DNA from: Candidatus Hydrogenedentota bacterium
GTDB lineage: Bacteria; Hydrogenedentota; Hydrogenedentia; Hydrogenedentales; SLHB01
Assembly (NCBI GenBank): GCA_045863335.1
Contig: BTVY01000008.1
Coordinates: 64,001-128,000, forward strand
Reading direction: 5' to 3'
Length of the DNA: 64,000 nucleotides
Shown: one piece after another, positions 46,341-56,794 of the stretch
Layout: each line of letters opens with the position of its first letter
Position numbering within the stretch: the stretch's first letter is position 1
Made by a program: the position numbers and the translations under genes
The notes under the pieces: model-generated
The model's database searches: none
What the model saw: the letters and a program-made list of their open reading frames with translations, nothing else
What the model was told of the DNA's origin: nothing

Positions 46341-47714
46341 ATGAATCAATACAACATCCTGCTGGAAGGCAGCCGTCTGCCCGACTATTGGTACAACATC
46401 ATCCCGGACCTGAAGACGCCCATGGCGCCGCCCCTGCATCCCGCGACGCACAAGCCGCTCGCGCCGGATGACCTGGCCGCCATTTTCCCGAAGGCGCTCA
46501 TCGAGCAGGAGATGTCGTCGCAGCCGGTGATTTCGATCCCGGGCGAGGTGATGGATGCGTACCGCTTGTGGCGGCCCACGCCGTTGCGGCGCGCCTACCG
46601 TATGGAGAAGGCCCTCGACACGCCCGCGAAGATCTACTACAAGAACGAAAGCGTGAGCCCTTCCGGCAGCCACAAACTCAACACCTCGGTGGCGCAGGTT
46701 TACTACAACAAGGCCGAAGGCATCACCGAGATTTCCACCGAGACCGGCGCGGGTCAGTGGGGTACGGCGCTGAGCATCGCGTGCAGCATGTTCGGCCTCA
46801 AGTGCACCGTGTACATGGTGCGCGTGAGTTACGATCAGAAGCCGTACCGGCGCAGCTTCATTCAGACCTACGGCGGCGTGATCTTCCCGAGCCCGAGCGA
46901 CACGACCGACGCGGGCCGCGCGTTTCTGGCCGAAGACCCGAATACGACCGGCAGTCTGGGCATGGCTATCTCCGAAGCGGTCGAAGTCGCAGCGAAGAGC
47001 GGCGGCAAGATTAAGTACAGCCTAGGCAGCGTGCTGAATCACGTGCTCCTGCACCAGACCATCATCGGCCTCGAAGCCAAAGAACAGATGGCGAGCGTCG
47101 ATGCCTATCCCGACGTGGTCATCGGTTGTTGTGGCGGCGGGTCCAACTTTGCCGGTATCGCCTTCCCGTATGTTCAGGACAAAATGAAGAACGGCAAGAA
47201 CATCGACGTGATCGCCGTCGAACCGACAGCCTGCCCGACGTTGACGCGCGGCCTCTACGCCTACGACTTCGGCGATACGGCCATGCTGACGCCCATGCTC
47301 AAGCAATATACGCTCGGCCACAATTTTGTGCCGCCCGGCATCCACGCGGGCGGGTTGCGCTACCACGGCGTCGCCCAGCAGGTCGCGCACCTGGCCAAGG
47401 AAGGCACGATCCGCGCGGTGGCCGTCCACCAGAACCCCGTGTTCGAGGCGTGCATGCTCTTCGCCAAGTGCGAAGGCATCGTGCCCGCGCCGGAATCGGG
47501 CCACGCCATCCGTGTCGCCGTCGACGAAGCGCTCAAGTGCAAAGCCTCCGGCGAATCAAAGACCATCCTCTTCAATCTCAGCGGACACGGCCACTTCGAC
47601 ATGTCGTCCTACGACTCCTATCTCGGCGGCAAGCTGACCGACTTCGATCTCGACGAAGAAGCCTTGAAGAAAGCCGAAGCGGCAATTCCGAAGGTGGAGG
47701 AAGTTACCGCATAA
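46341..47714 (+). CDS. trpB2: tryptophan synthase beta chain type 2 (TrpB2)
   Basis: [46 protein letters not shown]; no trpA adjacent. Confidence 0.93.
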   Translation: MNQYNILLEGSRLPDYWYNIIPDLKTPMAPPLHPATHKPLAPDDLAAIFPKALIEQEMSSQPVISIPGEVMDAYRLWRPTPLRRAYRMEKALDTPAKIYYKNESVSPSGSHKLNTSVAQVYYNKAEGITEISTETGAGQWGTALSIACSMFGLKCTVYMVRVSYDQKPYRRSFIQTYGGVIFPSPSDTTDAGRAFLAEDPNTTGSLGMAISEAVEVAAKSGGKIKYSLGSVLNHVLLHQTIIGLEAKEQMASVDAYPDVVIGCCGGGSNFAGIAFPYVQDKMKNGKNIDVIAVEPTACPTLTRGLYAYDFGDTAMLTPMLKQYTLGHNFVPPGIHAGGLRYHGVAQQVAHLAKEGTIRAVAVHQNPVFEACMLFAKCEGIVPAPESGHAIRVAVDEALKCKASGESKTILFNLSGHGHFDMSSYDSYLGGKLTDFDLDEEALKKAEAAIPKVEEVTA

Positions 47715-47716
47715 CG

Positions 47717-47884
47717 ATTGCGGATTTCGGACTGCGGATTGCGGATTGGAAAAAGGGGACGAGCATACGAAACAAATAAACGGGGGCGCGAAATCGACAG
47801 CGGATCGTGAAATAGAGATTGAGACTTGGAAGACAACAGCGATTTTCTCTTCCAATCCGCAATCCGAAATCCGCAGTCCGCAAT
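47717..47884. repeat. inverted doublet of heptamer tandem repeats (TTGCGGA / TCCGCAA)
   Basis: 35-bp arms at 47717-47751 and 47850-47884, 98-bp spacer, between convergent genes. Confidence 0.85.
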
Positions 47885-47897
47885 AAGAAACGCGCGG

Positions 47898-49160
47898 TCA
47901 ACCGTTGATTTGATCGGATACATTCGCAAATGAAATGGACCACGACGGGTCTTCCGTTGTGGTCCATTTTGCTTCGGGGTCGCCGCCGCCGTTGTCCACA
48001 AGGTCCGCGCCCACGCAGTAGACGAGGGCCTTCTCGCGGCTGTACTTAATCGCGCCACCATCAAACCAGTCCCGCGGGAGCTCGTCAAAGAATTCCGGGA
48101 CCAGCGCATCGAGCGACTCCGGCAACTCGCCATGCCGCGTGTGGTACACCTTCAACGCGAGAAGCACCTGCATGGCGGAGTTGTAGGAGCGGTGGTAGGC
48201 GAGTTCCTTAAAGCTATTCTCGGGAAGCGGCGCGATAAGCCCAGTCATGATGTCCCCGAGGACGTTTCCGCCCAGCACTAACATCACGAAGGGGCGGTCG
48301 CTGCGCGCTGGAGGAACAACAACATCGCAGAAGTATTGACCTGCACTCTCGATGCAAGTTCCATGTTCGCGCAGCATTTCGCGCGTATTCTGATCTTCGT
48401 CGTACACCCAGAATTGCCACTGTCGTGAACCGAGCTGTTCATCGATCAACTTCTTCGCGACCCAATAGCCGGACCGAACGGCGTTCGAGATAGCATCCGC
48501 ATCATTCTGGCGCGCCGCGACGCGTTCGACAGCTTGCGCAATAGCATCAGATGTTATGTCATCGTGTTCGGTTAACCGCGCAAGCATGATAAACCCGTGC
48601 CGCTGCAACCGGGCGCCCCGCAAAAAGACGATCAGAGGACCACAACTCTCTTTCATCAGATTGCCTGCGTCGACCAAATTCAGCGCGAGTTCCAATTGCG
48701 TATCAGTGTCGCCATATCTATCGGCGTCATGCCATAGCGCCCATGCAAGCGATTCCAATGCTTCCTTCTTGACCTCGCCATCAGGATCTTCGAATTCGCG
48801 ATACGCGCTTTCCTTGCATTCGAACGCACGCTGCAGCGCAACCACCGCCTCTTGTCGGGATTCGAGGAATTGTTGTGGTAGTTCCGGCGGTTCGGGTGTC
48901 CCCTCGATCATGGTTTGGATGAAGTAGTACTCGTCGTCCTCCCATTCGACCAGCGATGCGGCGCGATGAAGCTGAATATACGCGTTCTCTTCGTCCGGGA
49001 TATCAGGAATCGTGAGTTGCATGTCGGATTCATCAATCGGTTCGGCGGACCCGGCGTAACGAAGCACGACGACCGCAACGACCGCGGCGAGCAAAATGCC
49101 GAAGACCAGCATTGCCGTCGAACAACCTGCGACAGCAAGTGGCGATCTGCGCTTGCTCAT
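47898..49160 (-). CDS. hypothetical membrane-anchored protein with GspG/pseudopilin-like C-terminus
   Basis: N-terminal TM, 'ENAY', C-terminal LALKVYHTRHGELPESLDALVP...YCVGADLVDNGG. Confidence 0.7.
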   Translation of the reverse strand: MSKRRSPLAVAGCSTAMLVFGILLAAVVAVVVLRYAGSAEPIDESDMQLTIPDIPDEENAYIQLHRAASLVEWEDDEYYFIQTMIEGTPEPPELPQQFLESRQEAVVALQRAFECKESAYREFEDPDGEVKKEALESLAWALWHDADRYGDTDTQLELALNLVDAGNLMKESCGPLIVFLRGARLQRHGFIMLARLTEHDDITSDAIAQAVERVAARQNDADAISNAVRSGYWVAKKLIDEQLGSRQWQFWVYDEDQNTREMLREHGTCIESAGQYFCDVVVPPARSDRPFVMLVLGGNVLGDIMTGLIAPLPENSFKELAYHRSYNSAMQVLLALKVYHTRHGELPESLDALVPEFFDELPRDWFDGGAIKYSREKALVYCVGADLVDNGGGDPEAKWTTTEDPSWSISFANVSDQING

Positions 49161-49249
49161 GAAACACCTCGCATAACTGGTTTCTGGCTGGTGACGCCGG
49201 AGTCAGCGTATCACAATTACGTCTGTTGGGGTTAATGGGGATGCTTCAA

Positions 49250-49373
49250 GTAGGCTGGGATTGAATCCCGGCCAGGAAGTTCTGAGGCACCGCGTGCATG
49301 GAGAAGGCCGCGAGTTTGGGAGCGGCATACGGTTGGCCGAGAAGGGGCGGGTCGGGAACCATTCCCGACCTAC
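49250..49373. repeat. GTAG-type REP doublet
   Basis: GTAGGCTGGGATTGAATCCCGGCC (49250-49273) and GGTCGGGAACCATTCCCGACCTAC (49350-49373). Confidence 0.72.
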
Positions 49374-49433
49374 GGAAGAGCGCTGCGTGCGGTCGTTCAC
49401 GGTTCACGCCGTGGAGCTATCAAGGGCAATCGC

Positions 49434-52400
49434 TCAAGTCTTCTTTTCGATCTGCGTGAAGTCGGCGGTGATGGTGATCGCGTTAAGCACGTCGCGGACT
49501 AAGGCGTGGCGATTCTGGCGAACGCGGTCGTCTTTGTCGTTTACGAGGACGCTCTCGAAGTATGCCGCGATGATAGGCACCCACGACAGGATCTCCTCGC
49601 AGGCGTTTCCGAATTCCTTCCGCTCGACGAAGGTGCGGACCTTGTCCGCGCCGGTGGTGCGGATAAGGTCCAGCGCCTTTTCGTTGTCGTCCAGCAAAGA
49701 CCCATCCACGGATTCCGCCGGTTCCTTGACGATGCGCTGCATGCGCTTGGCCTGTTCGGCGAGATCCTGGAGTTGGGGATCGTCGAGCTTGCTGATGGCA
49801 TCGAGGCAGCGATGGAGCTGGACCGGGCGCTTCGCGTGGACGGCCAGGGCCGCGGCGACTTGGTCGTAGGCGTACCCCTGATCGCGCAGCATGACAGCCA
49901 TGCGATCGCTGAAGAACTCCAAGATGACCTGGAGGGCGTTGTCCGGCGCGTGGACCGTTTCACCGTAGTTAGCCAGGGCAGCGCGTACAAAGACTTCGAG
50001 ATCGATGTCGAGTTGCGTCGCGTCAATGATGGACAACAAGGCGAGCGCGTTGCGGCGCAGGCCGAATGGATCGCTCGTGCCTTTCACGCGCTGACCGATG
50101 CCAAAGTAGCCGGCGAGCGTGTCGAAGCGGTCGAGGATGCCCGCGACCGTTCCGAGGTTGCCGTCGGGCAATGCGTCCCCCGAGCGGCGCGGCAGCCGGT
50201 GCTCGTAGATGGCCTGCGCGACATCGTCGTCGATGCCTTCCTTCCGTGCGTAGAGCATGCCGACCACGCCTTCGAGAGAATCGAACTCGAAGACCATCTG
50301 CGTGGTGAGGTCGGCCTTCATAAGCGTGAGCACCTCCCCCATCTTCCGGTCATCGACTTCGGGAAGGTATTGCTTGAGTGTGAAATAGAGGTCGCGCAAC
50401 CGCGCAACTTTGTCCGCGACGGAGCCGAGCTTCTGGTGGAACATGACCGTATTGAGTTTCTCGGCGAAGGCGCGCAACGGCGTCTGGGTGTCCGTGTCCC
50501 AGAAGTATCGCGCATCGCGCAGCCGCGCGTTGAGCACGCGCTCGTTGCCTCCGCGAATTGTGTCGCGACCTTTGTCGCTAAAGTGTCCGTTCGCGACGCA
50601 GACGAACTTGCGGCTCAGGGAACCGTCAGCGTTTCGCAACGGGATGTAGCGTTGGTGCACCTTCATAGGCGTGATGATGATATCCTCTGGAAGAACGAGT
50701 GCGTCCTCAGGAATAGCGCCCACGATGGGATCGGGGAACTCCACGAGATCGGCGATCTCCTCATAGAGATCGTCGTCCTGCTCGGGAATCAAACCTTCTC
50801 CCTTTGCGAGTTCGTTCACACGTTCAACGAGCAGGGACTTGCGGTCCGCATGATCGGCGAGCACGAAGTGCTTGCGCAACGATTCGAGGTAGCCGGACAC
50901 CGAAGCGATTGAAACGGGACCGGCGGCGAGACGGCGATGACCGTAGGTCACGCGGCCCGAGTTGATGAGGCGTTCCGCGCCCGTATCCCCGTCGTCGCGC
51001 AATTTGATGGACGCCGGCACGACGGTGGAACCGTGGAGCGCAACAAGCCAGCGAATGGGTCGCGAGAAAACGGCGGTCGTGTTTTCCCATCCCATGGTCT
51101 TGCCGAAGTGAATGCCGGAAAGGAGATCTTCGAGCACCTCCGTCAACAGCTTGGCGAGGTGCTTGCCCTTTTGATGGACCTGCACAAAGCAGTATTCCGC
51201 CTTGCCGTCGCTGCGAAACTCAATGTCCTCAACGCGGACGCCCTGCCCTTCCGCGAAGCGCTTGGCCGCCATGGTCCATTCGCCCTTGTCGTTCTGGGCG
51301 GCTTGGCGCTTCGGACCGCGGACTTCCTTGGTCACGTCCTGTTGCCGCGCAGGGACGTCGTCAATGATGAACGCAATGCGGCGCGGAGCGACGAAGGTGC
51401 GGGTGGCGCCATGGGTGAGACCGCGGGATTCGAGAGCGGAAGCGATACGATCCGGCGCCTGCGTCTGCACGGTTTGGATATCTCGATGAGGCAACTCTTC
51501 CACGCCGATCTCGATGAGCAGCGTGTCCGAATCCTTGTAGGCCGATGCATCGGGGCGTTCCTGTTCGATGGACTCGTAAAGGACCGGGCTCGGATGGCGC
51601 AGCATGGGGAACTGCAAGGCTTCCCGCTGGGCGAAGAAGCCTTTCGCGCACTGCTCCGCGAGGGCGCGGCATCGCAGGAGGAAGCGTCCGCGCTCGGAAA
51701 CCGAAAACGCGCCGCGCGCATCCAGGAGGTTGAAGAGGTGTGAGAGCCGCAGGCAGTGATCGTATGCGGGCAGAATCAGACCGAGTTCGAGGAGACGCAG
51801 CCCCTCCCCTTCCCAGATATCGAAGACCTGGAGGAGCTTCTCCGTATCGGCGGCTTCGAAGTTGTACTTGCAATACTCGACTTCCTGGGCGTGGAAGATA
51901 TCGCGGTAAGTGACGCCGCCGGGCGACCATTGCAGGTCGAACACGTTTTCCACGCCTTGCAGGTACATGGCGATGCGTTCGATGCCGTAGGTCAGCTCGC
52001 AGGCGCGCACGTCGAGCTTGAGCCCGCCGCATTCCTGGAAGTACGTGAACTGGAGCACTTCCATGCCGTCGAGCCAGGCTTCCCACCCGAGCCCCCAGGC
52101 GCCGAGGGACGGACTCTGCCAGTTGTCCTCGACGAAGCGGAAATCGTGGAGTTTCAGATCGAGACCGAGCGCTTCGAGGGATTCAAGGAACAACTCCTGC
52201 ACGTTCGGCGGCGACGGTTTTAATATGACCTGGTACTGGTAGTAGTGCTGAAGGCGGTTCGGGTTCTCGCCGTAACGGCCATCGGTCGGACGCGTGCTCG
52301 GCTCCGTGTATGCGACCCACCACGGCTCGGGTCCCAACACGCGCAGGAAGGTCGCCGGGTTGGACGTGCCCGCCCCCACTTCGGTGTGGTAAGGCTGCCA

Positions 52401-52463
52401 GAGGAGACAGCCGCGGCTGCTCCAGAAGTTGTTCAGGGTTTGCAACACATCCTGCATGTACAT
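49434..52463 (-). CDS. glyQS: glycine--tRNA ligase, fused alpha/beta subunits
   Basis: Alpha motifs ([29 protein letters not shown]) continue in frame into beta motifs ([43 protein letters not shown]). Confidence 0.95.
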   Translation of the reverse strand: MYMQDVLQTLNNFWSSRGCLLWQPYHTEVGAGTSNPATFLRVLGPEPWWVAYTEPSTRPTDGRYGENPNRLQHYYQYQVILKPSPPNVQELFLESLEALGLDLKLHDFRFVEDNWQSPSLGAWGLGWEAWLDGMEVLQFTYFQECGGLKLDVRACELTYGIERIAMYLQGVENVFDLQWSPGGVTYRDIFHAQEVEYCKYNFEAADTEKLLQVFDIWEGEGLRLLELGLILPAYDHCLRLSHLFNLLDARGAFSVSERGRFLLRCRALAEQCAKGFFAQREALQFPMLRHPSPVLYESIEQERPDASAYKDSDTLLIEIGVEELPHRDIQTVQTQAPDRIASALESRGLTHGATRTFVAPRRIAFIIDDVPARQQDVTKEVRGPKRQAAQNDKGEWTMAAKRFAEGQGVRVEDIEFRSDGKAEYCFVQVHQKGKHLAKLLTEVLEDLLSGIHFGKTMGWENTTAVFSRPIRWLVALHGSTVVPASIKLRDDGDTGAERLINSGRVTYGHRRLAAGPVSIASVSGYLESLRKHFVLADHADRKSLLVERVNELAKGEGLIPEQDDDLYEEIADLVEFPDPIVGAIPEDALVLPEDIIITPMKVHQRYIPLRNADGSLSRKFVCVANGHFSDKGRDTIRGGNERVLNARLRDARYFWDTDTQTPLRAFAEKLNTVMFHQKLGSVADKVARLRDLYFTLKQYLPEVDDRKMGEVLTLMKADLTTQMVFEFDSLEGVVGMLYARKEGIDDDVAQAIYEHRLPRRSGDALPDGNLGTVAGILDRFDTLAGYFGIGQRVKGTSDPFGLRRNALALLSIIDATQLDIDLEVFVRAALANYGETVHAPDNALQVILEFFSDRMAVMLRDQGYAYDQVAAALAVHAKRPVQLHRCLDAISKLDDPQLQDLAEQAKRMQRIVKEPAESVDGSLLDDNEKALDLIRTTGADKVRTFVERKEFGNACEEILSWVPIIAAYFESVLVNDKDDRVRQNRHALVRDVLNAITITADFTQIEKKT

Positions 52464-52587
52464 GGTCGAAACGGTCCTTCTTAACCAGTCGTATCCCGGG
52501 AAGATTCGCCGCGCCACCCGGCATCCAGCGCAGCGAAGAATGGGGTTAATACAAAGGGGGAAGTGTACTTGCGAACCGGGGCGGGAG

Positions 52588-53025
52588 TCAAAGCGGGTGG
52601 CTTGACGTAACAGTGCCCGGTTGCTCGAAGAGGACTCGAATATCGGCCCGAGTTAGGACACGATACTGCCAGACCGCAAGGGCAAAGAATGGTATCACCC
52701 AAAACACAACCAATATCCTGGGGATTTGCGCAACCTTGATGCCGAACAGCTCAAAATACGCGGGCGCATGACTGACAAGAGCTATCAGGCCAATGATGGG
52801 GAGACCGATCATGCCGAACCAGAGAAGAACCAGCGAGCATATTCGCCAGCCGTTCCGATAGTGCAGCAAACCGAAGTAAATCGGGATTCCCAGGATACCA
52901 AACTGGATGGAGAATGTGTTCTGGCTCAAAAGTACAAAGAACTTGATTGCGGCCAGAACTCCCACGACGAGATGAATTGTCGCGACGATCCGCAACGCTG
53001 TCGGAACAGTCTGCGGGTCCGGCAT
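52588..53025 (-). CDS. hypothetical membrane protein (about 4 TM)
   Basis: 145 aa, hydrophobic segments, RBS GGGG. Confidence 0.65.
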   Translation of the reverse strand: MPDPQTVPTALRIVATIHLVVGVLAAIKFFVLLSQNTFSIQFGILGIPIYFGLLHYRNGWRICSLVLLWFGMIGLPIIGLIALVSHAPAYFELFGIKVAQIPRILVVFWVIPFFALAVWQYRVLTRADIRVLFEQPGTVTSSHPL

Positions 53026-53267
53026 AGTCTATCCCCCAGCGATTCGTTCCCTTAATAGGAAAGGTTATCACAGGCAAGACTAGTCGTCAAGCGGATCGGG
53101 TATGCAGATTGAGTTCTGGCCTCAGCAGAACTTTGGAGAACATTTGCCCATGACCTTCTCAACTTGGCAATGGTGCTGCAAATTGCCTATAGTGGAGGGA
53201 CTCTATGGGTAATCAATTCGTCGCGGCGTGGTCCGCCGTGCAAGAACTCGGTATAGGAGCTGCAACT

Positions 53268-54482
53268 ATGAAACTCGGTCGTGTTTTTTCTCTCGCCATG
53301 ATTGGCGTCGTGGCGTTGGCGGCTTGCCTGACGGCGAACGCCGAACCTCGCCATGTGTTTCTGACGTATTCGGATGCGCCGGAGACGTCCATCGACATTA
53401 ACGTCATTCTCGACGAACACGAGGGTGAAGTGCAGGTCTATTACGATACGGAATCCCATGACGGAAAGCTCGAGGACTACGCCCACCACGTGACGGCGCC
53501 GTACATCCAGACCCTAATGGTCATCAGCGATGAGCGGGCGCTGGCGGTGGCGACGTTGACCGGGTTGGAACCGGGCACGGAGTACTACTTCGTCGCGGGC
53601 GAGGACGAATTCGGCATGTCGAAGGAGCGGAAGTTCCGGACCTTGCCGGGCGGAGACGAGCCCATCCGGTTCGTGACCGGCGGCGATATGGGAGTCGATG
53701 GTTTCGTCATCTCGCTCCTGGGATTGGTTGCCGAGGAAGCGCCCGATTTCGGTGTGATCGGTGGCGACATCCCCTACGCGAACGGGCTGCTCGGTCGTCC
53801 GGATCTCTGGGATAAGTGGCTGCACAACTGGGACCACCTCACCACTTCCGACGACGGACGGATGGTCCCGATCGTGACGGCCATCGGTAACCACGAAACG
53901 AACGATTACATCTCCGACAATTTCGAACTGCGGGCGCCCTGGTATATGGCACTCTTCGGACGGCAGGCGGAGAACATCTACTACACGCGGAAGTTCGGCG
54001 ACAACATGGTGATGTTCGTGCTGGATTCAGGGCACCTGGTCCCTCACGAAGCACAAGTTCCCTGGTTGGAGCAAGAGATGGCGAAGCACCAGGATGTGCC
54101 GTTCAAGTTTGCTTTGTACCACGTGCCGCTGTATCCGGCCCACCGGGACTATGAAGGCGGCGGCTCGGTCGCCGGGCGCACGCACTGGCTTCCGATCTTC
54201 GACAAATACGGCCTGACTGTGGGAATGGAGAATCACGATCACGTCTTCAAGCGCACGAAGGTGCTTAAGGGCAACGAGGTTGCAGACGAAGGTACCGTAT
54301 ACATTGGCGACGGGTGCTTCGGCCGCGCCCCTCGGGAGATCGACCCGCAGCCGCGTTGGTACAACGAGAAGGAAGCGGCTAAGGCGCACTTCTGGGTGGT
54401 TGACGTGAAGAAGGACGGGGTCGATTTGAAAGCCATCGACGCCGAAGGCCTGGAATTGGATAGGTTCAGTTTGACGAAGTAA
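53268..54482 (+). CDS. secreted purple-acid-phosphatase-like metallophosphoesterase with FN3 domain
   Basis: Signal peptide, LTGLEPGTEY, GD, GGDIPY, GNHE, HVP, HDH motifs. Confidence 0.88.
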   Translation: MKLGRVFSLAMIGVVALAACLTANAEPRHVFLTYSDAPETSIDINVILDEHEGEVQVYYDTESHDGKLEDYAHHVTAPYIQTLMVISDERALAVATLTGLEPGTEYYFVAGEDEFGMSKERKFRTLPGGDEPIRFVTGGDMGVDGFVISLLGLVAEEAPDFGVIGGDIPYANGLLGRPDLWDKWLHNWDHLTTSDDGRMVPIVTAIGNHETNDYISDNFELRAPWYMALFGRQAENIYYTRKFGDNMVMFVLDSGHLVPHEAQVPWLEQEMAKHQDVPFKFALYHVPLYPAHRDYEGGGSVAGRTHWLPIFDKYGLTVGMENHDHVFKRTKVLKGNEVADEGTVYIGDGCFGRAPREIDPQPRWYNEKEAAKAHFWVVDVKKDGVDLKAIDAEGLELDRFSLTK

Positions 54483-54652
54483 GCACTTTGGCGATCTGAG
54501 ATGCTAATGCGAGGCGTTTGCAATAGAGGCGAACGCCTCGTTTTCACTTTAAAGCTGGTAAAGTGGCCCGAACGCAGGAATCACGGTGTTTGGATTGTAC
54601 CAAGACGATCCGTACCATGGACGGCTGGCCATGTTGAGGAGGGATACAGGAT

Positions 54653-55678
54653 ATGGTTCGATGCATAGCGATAGCGTTTGCTCTTGGTTTTGGTTCGTTG
54701 AATGCATTGGCACAGGGCCTGGCGGCGCCGCCGGAGCGGCCGGTGCCGCTGATCTTCGATACGGACATCGGGAATGACGTGGATGACGCACTCGCCCTAG
54801 GAGTTATCCACGCGTTGCAGAGCCGCGGCGAGTGCGAATTGTTGGCGGTGACGATTACGAAGGACCATCCCTTGTGCGCGCCGTTTGTGGACGCGGTGAA
54901 TACGTTCTACGGACGCGGCGACATCCCCGTCGGCGTTGTGAAGGATGGACCGACGCCGGGCGACAGCAAGTTCCTGCCGCTTGCGGAACAACGGGACAAC
55001 GGCGAATTGCGTTATCCGCATGACCTCATGAGCAGCGCGGATGCCCCGGATGCGACCACGGTGTTGCGCCAGGCCCTCGCGGAAGCGGAAGACAACTCGG
55101 TCGTGATTGCGCAGGTCGGGTTTTCGACCAACCTGGCGCGGTTGCTGGAATCAGGACCTGATGCCATCTCCGATCTCACGGGGAAAGAACTGGCCGCGAA
55201 GAAGGTGCGGCTGATTTCGATCATGGCGGGGGCGTTCGAGCCCATCGACGGGAAGACGCACCGGGAGTACAACGTGGTCATGGATATCCCGGCGGCGCAG
55301 GCCTTGGCCAAGGACTGGCCGACGCCGATTGTGTACAGCGGCTACGAGATCGGACTGAACATCCCCTATCCCGCCGCGAGTATCGAGCGGGACTACGCGT
55401 ACGTGGATCACCATCCGCTTCCGGAGGCCTATCAACTATACATGCCGACGCCCCACGAGCGGCCAACCTGGGACCTGACAAGCGTGCTCTGGGCGATCCG
55501 GCCGGAGCGAGGCTACTTTGATCTGTCCAAACCGGGACGTACGCAGGTCACGGATGAAGGGGTGACCGAATTCGAGGAAGCCGCGGACGGAAACTGCGTA
55601 TACCTTATCGCCAGCGACGCGCAAAAGGAGCGGACGAAGGAAGCATTGGCGCAGTTGTCGAGCCAGCCACCCGAGTGA
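54653..55678 (+). CDS. secreted nucleoside hydrolase family protein
   Basis: Signal peptide; IFDTDIGNDVDD, GFSTNLA, EYNV, WD. Confidence 0.85.
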   Translation: MVRCIAIAFALGFGSLNALAQGLAAPPERPVPLIFDTDIGNDVDDALALGVIHALQSRGECELLAVTITKDHPLCAPFVDAVNTFYGRGDIPVGVVKDGPTPGDSKFLPLAEQRDNGELRYPHDLMSSADAPDATTVLRQALAEAEDNSVVIAQVGFSTNLARLLESGPDAISDLTGKELAAKKVRLISIMAGAFEPIDGKTHREYNVVMDIPAAQALAKDWPTPIVYSGYEIGLNIPYPAASIERDYAYVDHHPLPEAYQLYMPTPHERPTWDLTSVLWAIRPERGYFDLSKPGRTQVTDEGVTEFEEAADGNCVYLIASDAQKERTKEALAQLSSQPPE

Positions 55679-55704
55679 TTGCGGATTGAGGCGGATCTGA
55701 GAAC

Positions 55705-56514
55705 TTAATCCGGAGTCCGCAGCAATCGAAACCCGATGCGGTCATACCAAAATTCCGGGGGGGCAAAGCGGCGATCGGCAGAACGGATTTGCGTTGGAAA
55801 GGAACTCCACTCTCCCCCACGTAACACGCGGTATTCGCCTGTGGCCGGACCTTCGGGGTCCGTGGCTGATCCCGAAGGATATTCTGCGTACCAATCCTGG
55901 CACCACTCATCAACGCTTCCGGCCATGTCGTACAATCCCCACTCGTTGGGGAGCTTCTCGCCGACGTTGTGGGTCGTGTTGTCACCATTGCCCAGATACC
56001 AAGCATAGTCGGCAATCTCAGTTTCCGCCGAATCCTCGCCCCAATAGAAGCGCGTAGTCGACCCCGCCCTACACGCATATTCCCACTCGGCCTCGGTCGG
56101 TAGCCGGTACGGCCCGCCGACGGCGTATTTGTTCGCGTTGAGCGCAGCAAGAAAGTACTGCACATCGTCCCAACTGACCCGCTCGACGGGCCTGATCGCA
56201 CTGGTGGGTTCCAAAAAGAAGGACGGATTACTTCCCATGACGGCCGTCCACTGGGCCTGAGTTAGTTCGTATTTCCCCAACCAAAACCCCTGCGAGAGTG
56301 TGACGGCGTGCCGCGTTTCGTCAGAATCGCGTCCCACTTCGTCTACGCGACTCCCCATCATAAAGGAGCCGGGCGGACACCATTGGAACTCGATTCCATC
56401 AAAAATCCGGGTCTCGCCGGGGGTGGGGCCCTTTTCGGTGATCGGACATCCCATTACGAGCACCAGACATGCGACCAATACGGCGCTACACAACAAACGA
56501 AGCACAGCCTTCAT
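55705..56514 (-). CDS. FGE-sulfatase (SUMF1) domain lipoprotein, probably non-catalytic
   Basis: Lipobox VMGC; FMMGS, RLPTEAEWEYACRAG, PNEWGLYDMAG, RGG, GFR; no FGE active-site cysteine pair after RGG. Confidence 0.88.
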   Translation of the reverse strand: MKAVLRLLCSAVLVACLVLVMGCPITEKGPTPGETRIFDGIEFQWCPPGSFMMGSRVDEVGRDSDETRHAVTLSQGFWLGKYELTQAQWTAVMGSNPSFFLEPTSAIRPVERVSWDDVQYFLAALNANKYAVGGPYRLPTEAEWEYACRAGSTTRFYWGEDSAETEIADYAWYLGNGDNTTHNVGEKLPNEWGLYDMAGSVDEWCQDWYAEYPSGSATDPEGPATGEYRVLRGGEWSSFPTQIRSADRRFAPPEFWYDRIGFRLLRTPD

Positions 56515-56794
56515 GGAATGCACTCCTTTGCGCAGGGCGATTCTGCACGCGGTCTGGTGGCGCAGTTGGACGACGCAGATGCGTGCTTTGCAGTTACGAC
56601 CGATGACAAATACTGCCACATAAGGCTATTTTTAGCAATACTTATTTCAGCGTATCGATACTCTGAGAAAATTGACTTGGAAAGGGCAGCGGCGGGTATA
56701 GATCGGGCAGGACACGCGCGTATAATTTCGTCGACTCGTGATCGCTCATGGTAGATTCCCTCCGTGAAACGCAATCGAGTAGGAGTACGGGATT

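Noticed and set aside
52464-52590. T-box leader upstream of glyQS
   Set aside because: Leader is too short and lacks the T-box sequence and terminator.
53164-53193. sigma54 promoter TGGCAATGGTGCTGCA before the phosphoesterase gene
   Set aside because: -12 element is imperfect and the same bases fit a sigma70 TTGGCA-18-TATAGT reading; cannot decide from sequence.
55705-56514. FGE-domain gene as a sulfatase maturase or DGR target
   Set aside because: Catalytic cysteines are absent, and no template repeat or reverse transcriptase is visible in the window.
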